In this document: one piece after another, positions 48,986 to 61,818 of the stretch
How the letters are laid out: every line of letters begins with the position of its first letter
How positions within the stretch are numbered: the stretch's first letter is position 1
NCBI GenBank assembly: GCA_028534125.1
Contig: CM052824.1
Location: 60,698,001 to 60,762,000, forward strand
Direction of reading: 5' to 3'
From: Lama glama
Taxonomy: Eukaryota
Length of the DNA stretch: 64,000 nucleotides
The notes under the pieces: generated by a model
Seen by the model: the letters and a program-made list of their open reading frames with translations, nothing else
Databases searched by the model: none
Told to the model about the DNA's origin: nothing
Program-made: the position numbers and the translations under genes

Positions 48986-50313
48986 CCCTTGTGGCGAGGA
49001 GACCAGGACGCCTGCCCACCCACGCAAGCTGTGCCCTCGAAGACACGGGCTTAACCAGGAAAACGACAGATTCAGAAGGAAATACAGACGATCTTAACAA
49101 TCCAAAGGGGAGAAAAATTCTGAAAACACAAAAGGCACTGGCCAACTGGAGGGAGGGGACACATCCGAGAACAGTCAGGTGAGGACGGTGTCCATCCAGG
49201 GGCCTCCCCAAGAGTGGAAGGCCACCGCTCGTCTGCGCTGCCAGCGCGCACGCAGGGGGCGGGGCGAGCCATTCGGGACGCGGGAGTAGCGGCACAAATC
49301 AACAAGGAAAAGCAGTAAGTACACAGCAAGAGACAGGAGAGCCCCCACCCCAAAGACCCTCGAGGACCAGCGCGCCCAGACGGGGCCTGTCCTCGGGGGG
49401 GTCTGCTCGGCACACACACTTTCATGGAGAAAAGTGCCTGCTGCCCCGCGACCCGGCAGCCATGCTGCTCCCAGTCAGTGCCCAGGCCGTCGCACGTGCG
49501 CGGAGGGACGCTGAAGGATGCTGGCAGATGCCCAGGTCCATCGGCAAGAGGACAAATGGCAAGCTGCGCGTGTGGCCACCCAGGAAGGCTGGCCCAGTGT
49601 ACACGCGACGTCAGCCACACTCAGCAGCACAGGCGCACCTTCCAGAACCAAATCCAATCACACAATCAGTGTCAGATGACACACTGACGCACGTGAAATG
49701 GGCCCTGCGACAGGATGCCCTTGTGAGACTGAAAAACACGCAAGCCCAAACAATGTATTTGTTCAGGATACGCGGTGGTGCGATGAAACCGTTCCAGCCA
49801 GTGGAAGGCCACGGGCGGTGGGCACAGTGCGGGGGCAGGGGGACATTAAGTTCCGTCCCCGGGTCGGCCGGTAAGGGCGCTGTGGCCGCCCCGCTGTGGG
49901 CGTCACAGCACATGAGCTACATGTTCCCGGGCGCCTCTGGCGCTGCATTAAACCACGCGCACTCAGCACCTCAGAGACGCAGAGGGAGGGACCAGAGGTG
50001 TCCACAGCGATGTGGTTAAACTAACTTCAGATCCTTAGTCTTAAAAAGAGCCAGGGGACAGACAGGACAACAGGTGACAGGAGAGGGGCAGATGTGAAAG
50101 TGAAGGGAGAGGAAGCGGGGAGGTCAGTGGAGGGCAGACAGGAGGAGGCTGTGTCCTGCCAGGGCCCCCTCTGGACGACCCGCCCAGGGGAGGGGGGAGT
50201 GCGTTTCTAGCATGCAGAACGCTGTGCCACGTTAGGCAGAAGTGTGGCCTTGCTGTTGTCTCTAGCTGGAGACTGAGCGTGGTTTCAGGGGATGGGCTCG
50301 GCGAGGGGCGGGA

Positions 50314-50692
50314 TGTGGTGGGTGGTCTCGTGTGTCAGCTGGGCTGGGCCGTGGAGCCAGCTTTGACGGACGTTATTCCCGATGTTTCTGCACAGGTGTT
50401 TCTGCGTGGGGCCCCCGTTTGAATCTGGAGTCTGAGGGAGGCAGGCTGCCCTCCCTAGTGCAGTGAGCCTCGTCCGATCAGGTGAAGGCCAAGCAAGCCG
50501 GAGTTCTGCAGAGGACGGACATGGGACCTGAACCGCAGCGGCAGCTCTCCCGGCACCCAGCCTGCTGGCCGCCCTGCGGGTTCTGGACTCGCAGCCTCCC
50601 TAGCTGCGTGGGCCAGTCCCGTACGACAAGCCTCCTGTCTGTATACACACGCCCTGTTGGTTCTGTGCCTCTGGAGAGCCCAGACTTACACA
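50314..50692 (+). mobile_element. MLT2-like (ERVL) solo LTR
   Basis: TG...CA termini. GTGTCAGCTGGGCTGGGC, GCCCTCCCTAGTG..GCCTCGTCCGATCAGGTGAAGGCC and CCTGTTGGTTCTGT..CTCTGGAGAGCCCAGACTTACACA. Confidence 0.8.
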
Positions 50693-53600
50693 GGGGCTCA
50701 GGTGGTACTTCCACCCACCACCCCCGGAAAGCGGCGCCCAGGTGACTCACAAGGAACCACCAGAGACCGCAGGGTCGCCCTCACTTGTAAAGAAATACAC
50801 GCTTTCTGCTTTGAAGTAATTTCAAATGAACAGAAAGCTGCAAAGGTGGGCAAGAGAGCTCCCGTGTAACCTGCCTGCGTTTCCAGAGTGAGCGCCTGAC
50901 TCCCTCCCACACGGTGGGAAGGAGAGAAGCACACGTGTCCTTGGAGAACGTGTGTGTGCAGCACTTCCGAGGGCGGGCACCCTGGGGAGGGCCTGGCCGG
51001 CCCCCGGCCCCGCTGCGGGCACCGTGCTTCCACCGCCCCAGAGACCCGCGGGTGGGCCGCACGGCCCCCCGGAGCAGCCTCGGGCCCCGGGGGTGGCTCG
51101 GCTGGTCCCTCACGCTGGTACCCTGGCTTCCTGCTGGGCCGTCGCCCTGTCAAGGCCAAGCTCGGAGCTGGAGCCCACTGGGCACCCAGAGCCCACCCGG
51201 TCACTTCCCGGTGCCCGAGCTCGGGATGCAGCGCTGGCAGCAGTCGATCCTCGGGGCCCTGCAAACGTTCCTGCAAACTCAATTCGACGCCCTCAGAGAA
51301 GCTCTCTGCTCATCTCTGGGCTTCTATAATTAGGGCAGCTGCAGGGACCTCAACCAGCCCAGTTTCTATGGCAATTGAGCGTCTTGAGAGCTCTGACGAG
51401 GGGAGGAAAACACATTTTAAGAAGGCGCTTAGAGCAACAGGCTGCGGAACAAACCAGCATCCCCCAGGCTGGTGGGCGGGCGTGGGGCGCGCCGGGTCTG
51501 CAGGAGGGCGGGGCGGAGCTGGGCCTCTCGGGCGCTTGCTGGACACAGCCCCACCGCCCGGGGTGACCCGCGGCCAGTGCCTTGGGACCACAACGGGGCG
51601 CAAGGGCCAGCCAGGTGCCTTCGCGGTGGTTCCAGGTCAGTGACCCAGCCCGAGACGAGGCCAGGGAGCTGATGAGGGGCCCTTGGGCCGTAGGGGGAGG
51701 TGGGGGTGGGGTCCTCGGGCAGAGCGGGATCTGCTGCCCCCAGACCCAGCTTGTTCCAGGGGAGTGGTGTCCACGGGGCCACCGTCCATGAGAGTCCACA
51801 CCCAGGGGGCAGGGCCCACGTCAGGGTCTCACTCCACGGCACCCTCACCAGCCACAGTTCCACCAGAAGGCTCCCACTACAAGCTGTGTGTGGCCGTCTG
51901 AAAACAGGATCTGAGGATTTGGGTGGGACGCCGGCGTGGCTCGGGGGACGCATCTGGTGCTGCTGCGAAGTCCGGGGGCCACCCTGGCTGGGGCCCTGAG
52001 GGTCGACAGAGAGTGTGGACACAGTCAAGGCCCATGGAGCTCACAGCTCGCCTGCTTCCCTCCTGGGACTGGAGTCACCCGATAGTGGGTCCAGCCGCCC
52101 ACCGCGGGCACCTTGGGTGGTCACCGTGTCTCAGGACGGCCCGGCACTGTCCTTAGAGCCGTCTCAACCAGAACCCACGTCCTCCTCCAGCTCCGTGGGT
52201 CATTCTGATGGTGGGGACAGTGCCGAGCAGGCTGCAGCTGGGCCGGGTGGGCGGCCCTCTGTGGGCCTCGACGCCGGGCAGCCCCACCCGAGGCCCTTTC
52301 CCATGCGGCTTCCTGCCCCTTGTCCCCACTACTTCCAGGCTGAAGATGTGACTTAAAACTGCTGCCCCAAGAGGCAGGTGAAGGCTGACGCACTGCAGAC
52401 ACAGAGCTTGGGAGGCCTCGGAGCCACCGCCGCAGGAGGCTGGCTGCAAGGGGACGGTGGCAATCTGGTCCTGTCAGCAGGCCCGGCTCCCCTGTCCCTA
52501 GGCCGCAGGGGCCACTCCTCTCAGGAATTGCAGCCACGACACACAGGAGCTGGGTGAGAACCTGGGAGGGTAGCGGCAGGTCCCCCACTGGCCAGGGTGA
52601 GGTCACGTCCTGCCGACTCCATCCTTGGGGGACCCGCTCCCGCATCGGGGACACCAGCCAGCACCTCATGGGCTCCCGGGACACGAGGGGAGACGGACAG
52701 AGGGCCCTGTCCTCGGAGCAGATGACAGCAGGATAAACGTGGTGACCAGGGGACTCGGAGGCCCGGAAGGGCAGAGCCCAGGGATGCAACATGGGGCCTG
52801 CAGTCCAAGCCGGGCGGCCCAGATCTCCTCGTCTGCGGGGCCTGAGTCACTTGTCACTCTAAGTCCCGGTTTCCTTGCCGGGAGGAGATGGGACAGGCCG
52901 CTTCCCGGGTGGCTCCCTGCCTTCCTCACGTGGCCTGGACGTGGCCCCCAAGCCCTGCACTGCTAGGGGGAGCTGACCTCATCAGCGTCCAGAGCAATCC
53001 CAGAAGGGCAACCCCAGTGATGTCATTGCTCCAGGGTGGTCACGTGACTGGAAAGACCCAGTCAGACTGCTGTGGGGGCAGGGACACAGGATCCAGTCGT
53101 GGCTGGCTGCGTGGACGAGGCGGGGCCAGCAGAGTCCACACTCTAAGGACGGTCGTGGGAAGATGGAGTGACCAGGGCCGGGTTCTGTGGGACCCACCCC
53201 AAGCCACCGCCTCTGGACACGTGCTGTGGGGGTGTCACGTGGGGGGCTGCCCGTCAGCTGTGGCCACAGTGGTCTGTGGAGCACCTGCCAGTGCCGCAGC
53301 CCAGAAGCAATGGGCGGGCGGGTCCAGGCTGAGCCGAGGCCGCACCGCCGGGCACACAGTGGGGCCTCCAGCAGAGGGGGAGGGCCAGGACCAGCACCCA
53401 GCTTCCGTCTCCCTGGGCCTCACAGGTGGCAGGGAGAAGAGGCACGAGGGAACCCCAACACGACAGCCCGCGTGCAGAGCAGCGGGACAAGACATGCGTT
53501 CCCCGGGCTCAGCGACGCTCGGGGGCTTTTACCCGCTGGACTCCCTTCCTGGGGACCCAGATGGACACCTGAGTCATGCCCTGTGAAGGTCAAGGACGGT

Positions 53601-54899
53601 AAGCTCTGTGGACAGGAGAGCAGCCACGTGGGGGGGACGTGAGGGAGACACACGGGAGGGGAGGAACGAGGGGTGCTCTTGTGGCAGGAAGGCTTCCCGT
53701 CTCCCTCAGGAGAGGCTGGGAGAGGCGGACAGAGGAGGATGCGGACGGAGGAGGCAGAGGCCAGACACTGCTGAGGCCCCAAGCAAGCAGGTTAACTCAC
53801 AAAGATGCAGGTGGGAGGGGGACAGGCTCATGCAAAGGACCAATCTGAGGACCAGGTTTCTGACTTTTAAAAAGAGAAATGCTTACGTAAAGAAAGGTCT
53901 CTGCTTCCTGGGGGCAGGACCGCATGGCATCCTCCAAGTGCAGCCCAGGGCCCCGCGGGCACGAGCATGGGCTTGGGGCGACTGCGTGTTCCAGACCCGA
54001 GGGCCGGTCTCCGTCACTGCAGGCTGCTGTCCCAGACCAGACGTGCAGTCTAAGAACAGACCTCAGCGGAGCCCGGGGCGCAGGACCAGGGACGTAGCCT
54101 CTGGTTTCCCAGGGCGCAGGCCTTCCAGGCTCCCCGGGGTCGCCCCTCTGTCACCAGACACCGTGCACGACCGTTAAGAGACCCAGCCCTAAGAGGTGTA
54201 TTGAGAGGGAGGGGCACACACCACAGCCTGACTTTCTAATGATTTTTATCACAAAGATACAAATTCGCTGTGACACAAGTTGAGTTCTGATGAAAAAGCT
54301 GCCCGATATTCTCACAAAGACGCTACAGGACAACGTGCGCCGATGTCCAAGGAACCTGAAAAGTTCACGTGGACCCAGCTCACCTCTAGGCAGAGGTCTT
54401 CCTTCATGGGGGCACTTTTTATAAAAAGCACAAGTCCTGGGGCTGTTCCCCCCGCCGCGCTCCCCACCCCCCACCGCCGCACTGTCACGGACACGCCATG
54501 CCTGCGGCTCGGAGCCTGGGGCACAGGGGGCTGCACGGGGCGCTGCTGGAGGAAGCACCCGGGCCAAGAAGGCGTGCACCCTGCCCGCGGAATGGGGAGG
54601 CGGTGAGGACGCAGCCCTCCACCCTGAGGACAGTCGACGAGAACCAGGCTGGGTGTCGCGGACGTCCAGTGGTCAGAACGTGAGAGGACGCGGGGTCAGG
54701 GGGGCCGAGCGCACGGCAAGGCCCGGCGCCCACGGGTGCCTGCCCGGAGTTCAGTGTGACGGAAACAGCCCAGACACGACAAGCTGCCTCTGTCCGCTCG
54801 GGACGCTGTCACAGACCCCACAGACGGGCTCCGGCACAGGAAGACACTCCCCACAGGCTGGAGGCCCGAGGCCAGGGCCCAGAAGTCCCAGGTTCTGGT

Positions 54900-55460
54900 G
54901 ACGGCCTCCTCCCGGCTCAGAGACGGCTTCTCGCTGGCACCCATACGGCAGAGAGAGCTGATGTCCCCTCTTACAGGACACAAACCCCATTGTGGGGACC
55001 CCACTGTCAGACCCATAGGCCTCATCTCCAAATATGTCAGGGGTCAGGAATTTGACAGAGAAGTTCAGTCCCTAGCAGTCTGTTCCTGGTCCCCCCAAAT
55101 CCATGCCCTTCTCGCATGCAAAACAGTCACCCGATCCAACAGCCCCCAAACATTAACCCCAGCAGCAGCTCTGAAGCCCCAGGTCCCATCTAAACATCAC
55201 CTAAACCAGGCAAGGGTGGGACTCGAGGTGCAGCTCGTCCTGAGGAAAATCTGCGCAGCCTGGCCCTGTGAAACCAAGCTGCATGTTTGCAAAATGCAAC
55301 ACGGGGACAGGCACGGGACGGCCACTCAGCTCCGAAAGGAGAATTGGGAAGGAGGAAGAAGCGACAGGCCCCAGCAAGCGCCAGCCCCGCACGGCGAGTC
55401 CATCAGATCTTGAAGGCGCAGGAAGAATCTCCTCGGTTTGACGCTCTGGCCTCCAGCCTC
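54900..55460 (-). mobile_element. MaLR LTR end plus internal-sequence remnant
   Basis: TTCAGTCCCTAGCA|GTCTG..CCCCCAAATCCATGCCCTTCTCGCATGCAAAA resembles a MaLR LTR/internal junction. Confidence 0.6.
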
Positions 55461-55619
55461 ACTGGAGAGGCAGCGTCACTCGCCTACAAGGCTCTCTCAA
55501 GATCCAGAGGAGAGATGCAGCTAAAACCCGGGTTCCCTTTGAGGCGCCTGCTGAGTCCTACACTGCAGAAGTTCAGGGCAAAAAGCCAAGGGACCAAGAA
55601 GAAAGCAGATGCTAAAAGG

Positions 55620-58600
55620 AAAAAAAAAAAAAAAGCCAGGAAGGGATTTTTGGCTGATTCATGGGGCTGAGGAGACAAAAGCTGGAGATCGGGGTCCCAG
55701 TGACCCCCAGATCTTTCCAGCTGTGATACAGAAAGACACGAAAGGATACTGAAAACTGTAAGCCTCCAGTGAATCCAGGTGACATGTCCACATTCCAGCT
55801 GCCAGGATAAAATCGAATCCTCTCACGAGGAAAATAACACCGTTCAGGGCTCCTGCCGCTTTTCAAACACAGTGTCTGATGTTCAGCAAAAAAGGAAAAA
55901 GTAAATACCAGGCAGGCCAAGAAGTAGAAGCATTTGACTAAACAGCCAATAGAAACGGACTCACGGGAGGCTCAGGTATCAAACTATACTTAGAAGGTCA
56001 GGTCAGGTCTCACCAGGGAGCTGGACCTATGAAAAGCAAGGAATCAAATTCTAAAAATCCTAGGACTTTGGAAATCCTAAAAGTGAAACTAGTAACTGAT
56101 ATTAACAATTCAGGAGACAGACTTAGGAGCAGGTGAGACAAAGTAAGAGGCGGCTGTAGAGAAGCCCAGAGGGGCCAGGACGGAGAGAAGCACCGAAGAC
56201 GGCAGGGGGCACCCAGACAAGGAGGGGGGCACCCAGACGGCAGGCGGCACCTGGATGAGGAGGAGGGCAGCCAGACGGCAGGGGGCACCTAGACAGCAGG
56301 GGGGCACCTAGACGAGAAGGAGGGTACCCAGACGGCAGGGGGGCACCTAGACGGCAGGGGGGCACCTAGACGAGAAGGAGGGTACCCAGATGGCAGGGGG
56401 ACACCTAGACGAGAAGGAGGGTACCCAGACGGCAGGGGGGCACCCAGACGGCAGGGGGCACCTAGACGGCAGGGGGGCACCTAGACGAGAAGGAGGGCAC
56501 CTAGATGGCAGGGGGCACCCAGACAAGGGAAAAAGCCGGGGCAGGGGGAGGGGGCAGGGCAGCACCTGCGAGGACACTGCTGTATTTTAGAAAAGAGACA
56601 GAAGACATTGTGCCCAGATCCAGAAAGCTCTATGAACCTCAGCTGGGATAAATTCAGCATGTCCTCCTCTTCTGCAAGCCTGCTGAAATAGAAGGACAGA
56701 GGCCATTTTCAAGGCAGCTGAGGAGAAAGAAACGCATCACCTCCGGGGGCCAGAGAGGACGTGTCAGGGGTGCGGAGAGGTCACTGCCCACCGAGACCCC
56801 ACCCGGACGAATGTCCTCAAAAACGAAGGCAAGAGGAAGACGCCTGCACAGAAGCAAATCGGCCACTTGCCAGCAAGTCTGCGCCCAGGAACTGCCGCAG
56901 GAGCCTTTTGGGGAGGGAGGTGGTCCCGGAGGGAAGCGCCCCCGGCGTTGCGAGGGGGTCCGAACGAACGCCTGTGCAGAGCAAAGGGACCACGGGACCG
57001 TGGGACGTGAAATGTGAACAGAAACCACACATGTGCCAACAGCAAAAAACCAACAAGGGGGTCACACGGCTGAAGGGGTCTAAGCTCCCTGCCTCACCTG
57101 GAAAACAGTGGAAGCAGTGACTCAAGGTCGTTCCAAGAATGTGCCGTGATTTCTAAGGCAGCCAGAACGTGAAAAACAAAGTTACATACTACTTAACAAA
57201 GCTAATAAAAGGCGGGCGGAGGGATGGAAAAATAGCACTTGATTAGACCAAAGGAAGGCGGGCCAGAAGAAAGAATGGTGTGGCCGATTATAAAGTACAC
57301 AGCAAGATGACAGATTTAGCAGCAACTCGTCAGTATGATGTTAAATGTAACCGAATTAAACGCTTTAGTTAAAAGACAGGGATTGTCAGACCAGGTGAAA
57401 AACAACTACCTTCTTGTTTATAAGAGCCATTTCCAAAATACGATACAGAAAAACTGAAAGTAAAGGGATGGAAAAAACACACACATGAACACTAAGCTCC
57501 CCTCGCCCTGCATGTAGTCAGCCATGTTAATACCAGCAGAGGAGACTTCAACGTTAAAAACACTTCTTATCTCGAAGAGCAGCATTTCACGATGATAGAA
57601 GTGCTGGTTCAAAAGGAAGACAGTGATCCTAAATCTGTGTGCACTCAACACAGCACGAAATACATGGAGAACAAAATTACAAGGAGAAAGATAAATCCCC
57701 AAGAGTTTAGTATCTACAGATGTTAAAGTTCTTTTAAAAGACAATAGAAGTGTGAACTACGTCAGTAAGTGTGATTTAGACCTTGGAACAGCCTGAACAT
57801 CACAACTTACTGAGGGTGACGAAAGAAATACACAGTCTGAGTAGCTGGATTTGTATCTTAAAAATCAGCCCTTGGACCTGACACATTCCCATAAAGGAGA
57901 CTCGAAGCTCACAGGCTTTACTGGGGAAGTCTTCCAAATAATCAGCAGAAACGGTATCAATCTTACATAAACCTTCCCAAGAACTTAAAAAAGCTCAGTT
58001 AATTTTATAAGGCCAACGTGTACCCCCATGTTTAACTCTGAAAACATTACAAAGAAAGAACATTAGAGTCAATCTCGCTCATAAACGTAGCTGCAAAAAT
58101 ACCAGACAAATACCAGCAAACTGCGTCCAGCAGAATGCAGAAAGGAAGACACACTGCGACCAAGCGCATGCCCTAAGGGAATCCGGGGCCGGTGCTGCCC
58201 GCAGAGCCAGTCAGCACAGCTCGCCTCGCTGACGGGATAGCAACGTGTGTTAAGAGGTGAGGGGAAAAAAGCGGCGGATAAAATTCTGCACCGCGCAGGA
58301 TAAAACGCTCACCCAGGAGGAAAACAGAACCTCCTAAGTTTGACGATGAAACTGTGAAAACCTTCTACTGAGATCGAGAACCGCCTCTGCCCCACGATGG
58401 TTCAGGAAGACAAGCAGGGCCAGCGCTACAAGGCAGCAGATGAAGGTTTGGAAAAGTGACAGTAAAAGCCGCTCACTGGCGAAGCGGTGGTGTGTACAGG
58501 AAACCCAGCAGAGCGTGCACACAGAGCACTGGGGTTAGTACGTGAGTTTACCGAGGCCGCAGGACCAGAGTTCTGCATGAGCAATTCACTGCACCTCTCC

Positions 58601-59920
58601 ACACATCTCTATAAACAAATAAATAGAAGACACAATCATAAAGTGATGCCACTTGAAGCAGCATAAAAACGTAAGTGCCAGCGACGTGCTCGAACGAGGC
58701 CTGTGCAGGGCTGCTCCACACAGGGCTGCTCACTTGACAGAAAGAATTTACAGACGCTAAACGCACGTTCACAAATTAGGAGCCCCGATACTGTGAAGCT
58801 GCCGGTTTCCCTATGTTGATCTATGAACTCAATTGCAAGCCCAATAAAAAAAACCTCATTGAGTTTTGGGAAATTTATAACCAACTGTAAAATGTGTTTA
58901 GAAATGGAAAAAGCAAAAAACAGCCAGGATAATCCTGAAGAAAAACAAAGCTGGGGGACCTACACACATGATATTAAAGTTCCTATAAAGCTGAGTTAAA
59001 ACAGTGTGAAATTGGTGCCAAAGGCCAGTGGGCCAGAAGCCCAGGAAGGGGCCCCCCACAGACCACTTACGACAAAGCTGTCACTGAAACGTGGTGAGAT
59101 GGGGCAGGTGACCTTGACCCGGGTCTCACCCCCCGCCCACGTCACCCCCAGGAGCTGCAGGACTGAGGGCAGCGTGTGACTTGGCGGGAGAGGGCGTGTT
59201 CGGGGTCAGAGGTCGAGGGGAAACTTCTTCAACAGGATACAAAAGGCACTGATCACAGGGCAAGACTTCATTTTCCGTCCGTCAAGAGACAGGCAAGCCT
59301 CTGGGTGAGGGAGGGCGTCGCATCCACACACACAGAGCTGCTGCAAACCAACACGGCAGGCGCGCAAACGCCTGGATTGTCTCTGAACAACCAGGCTGTG
59401 AAACAGAGCAGAAGGCGTAGAGTGGGTCTTAATGTGTCAACAAAGTCCAACCGCAAACCACGTTTCTTCTGTAGAGCACAGGGAGCTGCATTCAGCACCT
59501 CGCAGTCACCACGGCGAAGAAGAAAATGGAAAGGAACGCACGTGTGCTCAATGTATGACCGAGCCACTGCGCTGTCCACCGAAATTGCCACAACAGTGTA
59601 AATGGACTGAACTTCACTTAAGAATAAAAAAGACACCCTGGGGACCACTGGAGCAAGCTGGTGGGGAAACTGCTCATCCCCCCGAGACCTTAAAGGCCAA
59701 GAAAATGAGACGACGCTTAACCTCAGGGGTGAGGAGAAGTGTGAATCAGGGCCCCATCCGATGCCACTGGCGTCTGCTCTGCTATCAAGAAGCTCTGACA
59801 ACCCAGGGGCCGGGAAGGATGTGGGAGAGGCACCCCCACCCCGACCGGAGGACCTGTGAGGGACGGGCCGTCACAGCCGTGCTCCTGGCACATGGCTCCC
59901 GGAAGCCTCGCAGTGTCCGC
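55620..59920 (+). mobile_element. Long, heavily deleted ancient L1 (5' region/ORF1 remnants, ORF2 remnants, 3' end) in PRKCZ intron 4
   Basis: Markedly A-rich against its flanks. ORF1-like CAGATCCAGAAAGCTC..GGATAAAT; endonuclease-like AAAAGACAGGGATTGTCAGAC and GAAAGTAAAGGGATGGAAAAA; later ORF2-like AGCCAGGATAATCCTGAAGAAAAACAAAGCTGG. No intact ORF. May be more than one element. Confidence 0.78.
56198..56524. repeat. G-rich minisatellite, about 17 units of 18-20 bp in two variant types
   Basis: Unit A GACGGCAGGGGG(G)CACC(C/T)A is interspersed with unit B GACGAGAAGGAGGGTACCCA. Confidence 0.93.
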
Positions 59921-59939
59921 TGAACGCCGAGGGGACTGG

Positions 59940-60355
59940 CTTCAGGTTGGGGGCCGGGCGTCCAAGGCAGGATTAGAGGACTGGATCATTCAGCCCCACG
60001 CCTGACACCAGGGGAGGCAAGACGGACCGCAGCTTGAGTTCATCACCAGTGGTCAATGATTCCATCAATCACTCCATGAGACGTCCGTCAGAACTCCCAC
60101 GTGGCGGGGTTTGGAGGCTTCCGGGTCAGGAACACAGGGAGGTGCTGGGGTGCTCCCGGAGAGCGTGTGGGGGCTCCCAGCGCCCCGGACCTCGCCCTGT
60201 GCATCTGGTCCACCTGGCTGCTCCCCAGCGCTGTTCTCACTAAGCCGGGAAGCCTACGGCAGGTGTCTGCCCGAGTTCCACGTGCTGCTCTAGCAAACGA
60301 CCAAACCCGAGCAGGGTCCTGGGAACCCAGTGCCCTCTGGCTGGTCAGAGGCACA
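59940..60355 (+). mobile_element. MER21-like LTR truncated by the assembly gap
   Basis: TTGAGTTCATCACCAGTGGTCAATGATT..ATCAATCA, ACCTCGCCCTGTGCATCT and GCTGCTCTAGCAAA. Confidence 0.6.
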
Positions 60356-60855
60356 NNNNNNNNNNNNNNNNNNNNNNNNNNNNNNNNNNNNNNNNNNNNN
60401 NNNNNNNNNNNNNNNNNNNNNNNNNNNNNNNNNNNNNNNNNNNNNNNNNNNNNNNNNNNNNNNNNNNNNNNNNNNNNNNNNNNNNNNNNNNNNNNNNNNN
60501 NNNNNNNNNNNNNNNNNNNNNNNNNNNNNNNNNNNNNNNNNNNNNNNNNNNNNNNNNNNNNNNNNNNNNNNNNNNNNNNNNNNNNNNNNNNNNNNNNNNN
60601 NNNNNNNNNNNNNNNNNNNNNNNNNNNNNNNNNNNNNNNNNNNNNNNNNNNNNNNNNNNNNNNNNNNNNNNNNNNNNNNNNNNNNNNNNNNNNNNNNNNN
60701 NNNNNNNNNNNNNNNNNNNNNNNNNNNNNNNNNNNNNNNNNNNNNNNNNNNNNNNNNNNNNNNNNNNNNNNNNNNNNNNNNNNNNNNNNNNNNNNNNNNN
60801 NNNNNNNNNNNNNNNNNNNNNNNNNNNNNNNNNNNNNNNNNNNNNNNNNNNNNNN
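60356..60855. other. Assembly gap (500 N)
   Basis: Run of exactly 500 N. Confidence 0.99.
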
Positions 60856-61513
60856 GGTGGCCCAATGTCACCACAAGGTCCTTGTGAGAGAAAGGCAGGT
60901 GGTCAAAGATGGGATGACAGACACCCACGGGTGCCCCCTCATCCAGGCCCCAGGGTCACGCAGGGCACCTCTAATCTGTGGACACCCCCATGGTCATCCA
61001 TGGTTGTCAAAGGCACCTCTCCTGCTGCCCCCCAGGACGAGGATCAGCCCCTCTGTTCACATTGTCACTGTCACAGTGCCAGCCGTGCAGCAGGTGCCCT
61101 GACAGGACCCGGCCCAGGGGCACATGCACACAGTGAGGAGCTCGACTCTGGAGCATCCTCAGGACACGTTACAGGGGTGCGGGGGGATACAGCCCACCCC
61201 CTGACATCGCTCAGCCAGCAAGCAGGCAGACCCCACCCCGGGCACCGAGGGTAAGGCAGGCAGCCTGCTCTGCTCAGGTGCGTGGATGAGCCTCGGGGCC
61301 TCGCTGTGCAGAGGGCAAGGGGCTGGTCCTGACAGCTGCACGCCGCACGGCTCCACCTGCAGGACATTCAAGATGCCACAGCGTGGAGGTGGACAGAGCT
61401 GGAAACCGGCCAGCGGCCAGCAGGGGTCAGTGATGGGGTCACAGTAGGGGGACCAGAAGGGCAGCCCAGGCTGGAACATCCTGCACCCGGACTGGTCACA
61501 CACGTGATGAATG

Positions 61514-61818
61514 CAGCCACCGTGGCGACGTGGCAAGGGTTCCAGACCACGCAGTGCAGCAAGTGCCACGACAGGGCCCTGAATTTCTGGTTTCCCAGTG
61601 CGTGTGAAGTGACGTTTACACTCTGCTGTCGTCTGAAGTAGGCAGCAGCTTTATGTCGGAAAAACCTACGCACTCACCTTAATAAAAAAAATACTTTATT
61701 GCTAAAAGTGCTAACCACCACCTGACAACGCAGGGTTGCCACAAACCTTCAATTTGTAAAAAACACAGTATCTGTGAATTGCAAAAAGCAAAACACAGTA
61801 AGAGGAGGCGCGCCTATA
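61514..61818 (-). mobile_element. Internally deleted Tigger1 derivative (Tigger1a-type MITE)
   Basis: Both Tigger1 ends are joined in about 300 bp: GGTTCCAGACCAC..TTTCCCAGTGC..AATACTTTATTGCTAAAA, then GCAGGGTTGCCACAAACCTTCAATTTGTAAAAAAC. Confidence 0.8.

Noticed and set aside
56198-56524. Repeat array superficially resembling CRISPR, with Cys/Pro-rich repetitive ORFs
   Set aside because: No unique spacers, no cas genes, and a mammalian intron context; it is a minisatellite.
60101-61102. ORFs spanning X runs
   Set aside because: Artefacts of the N gap.
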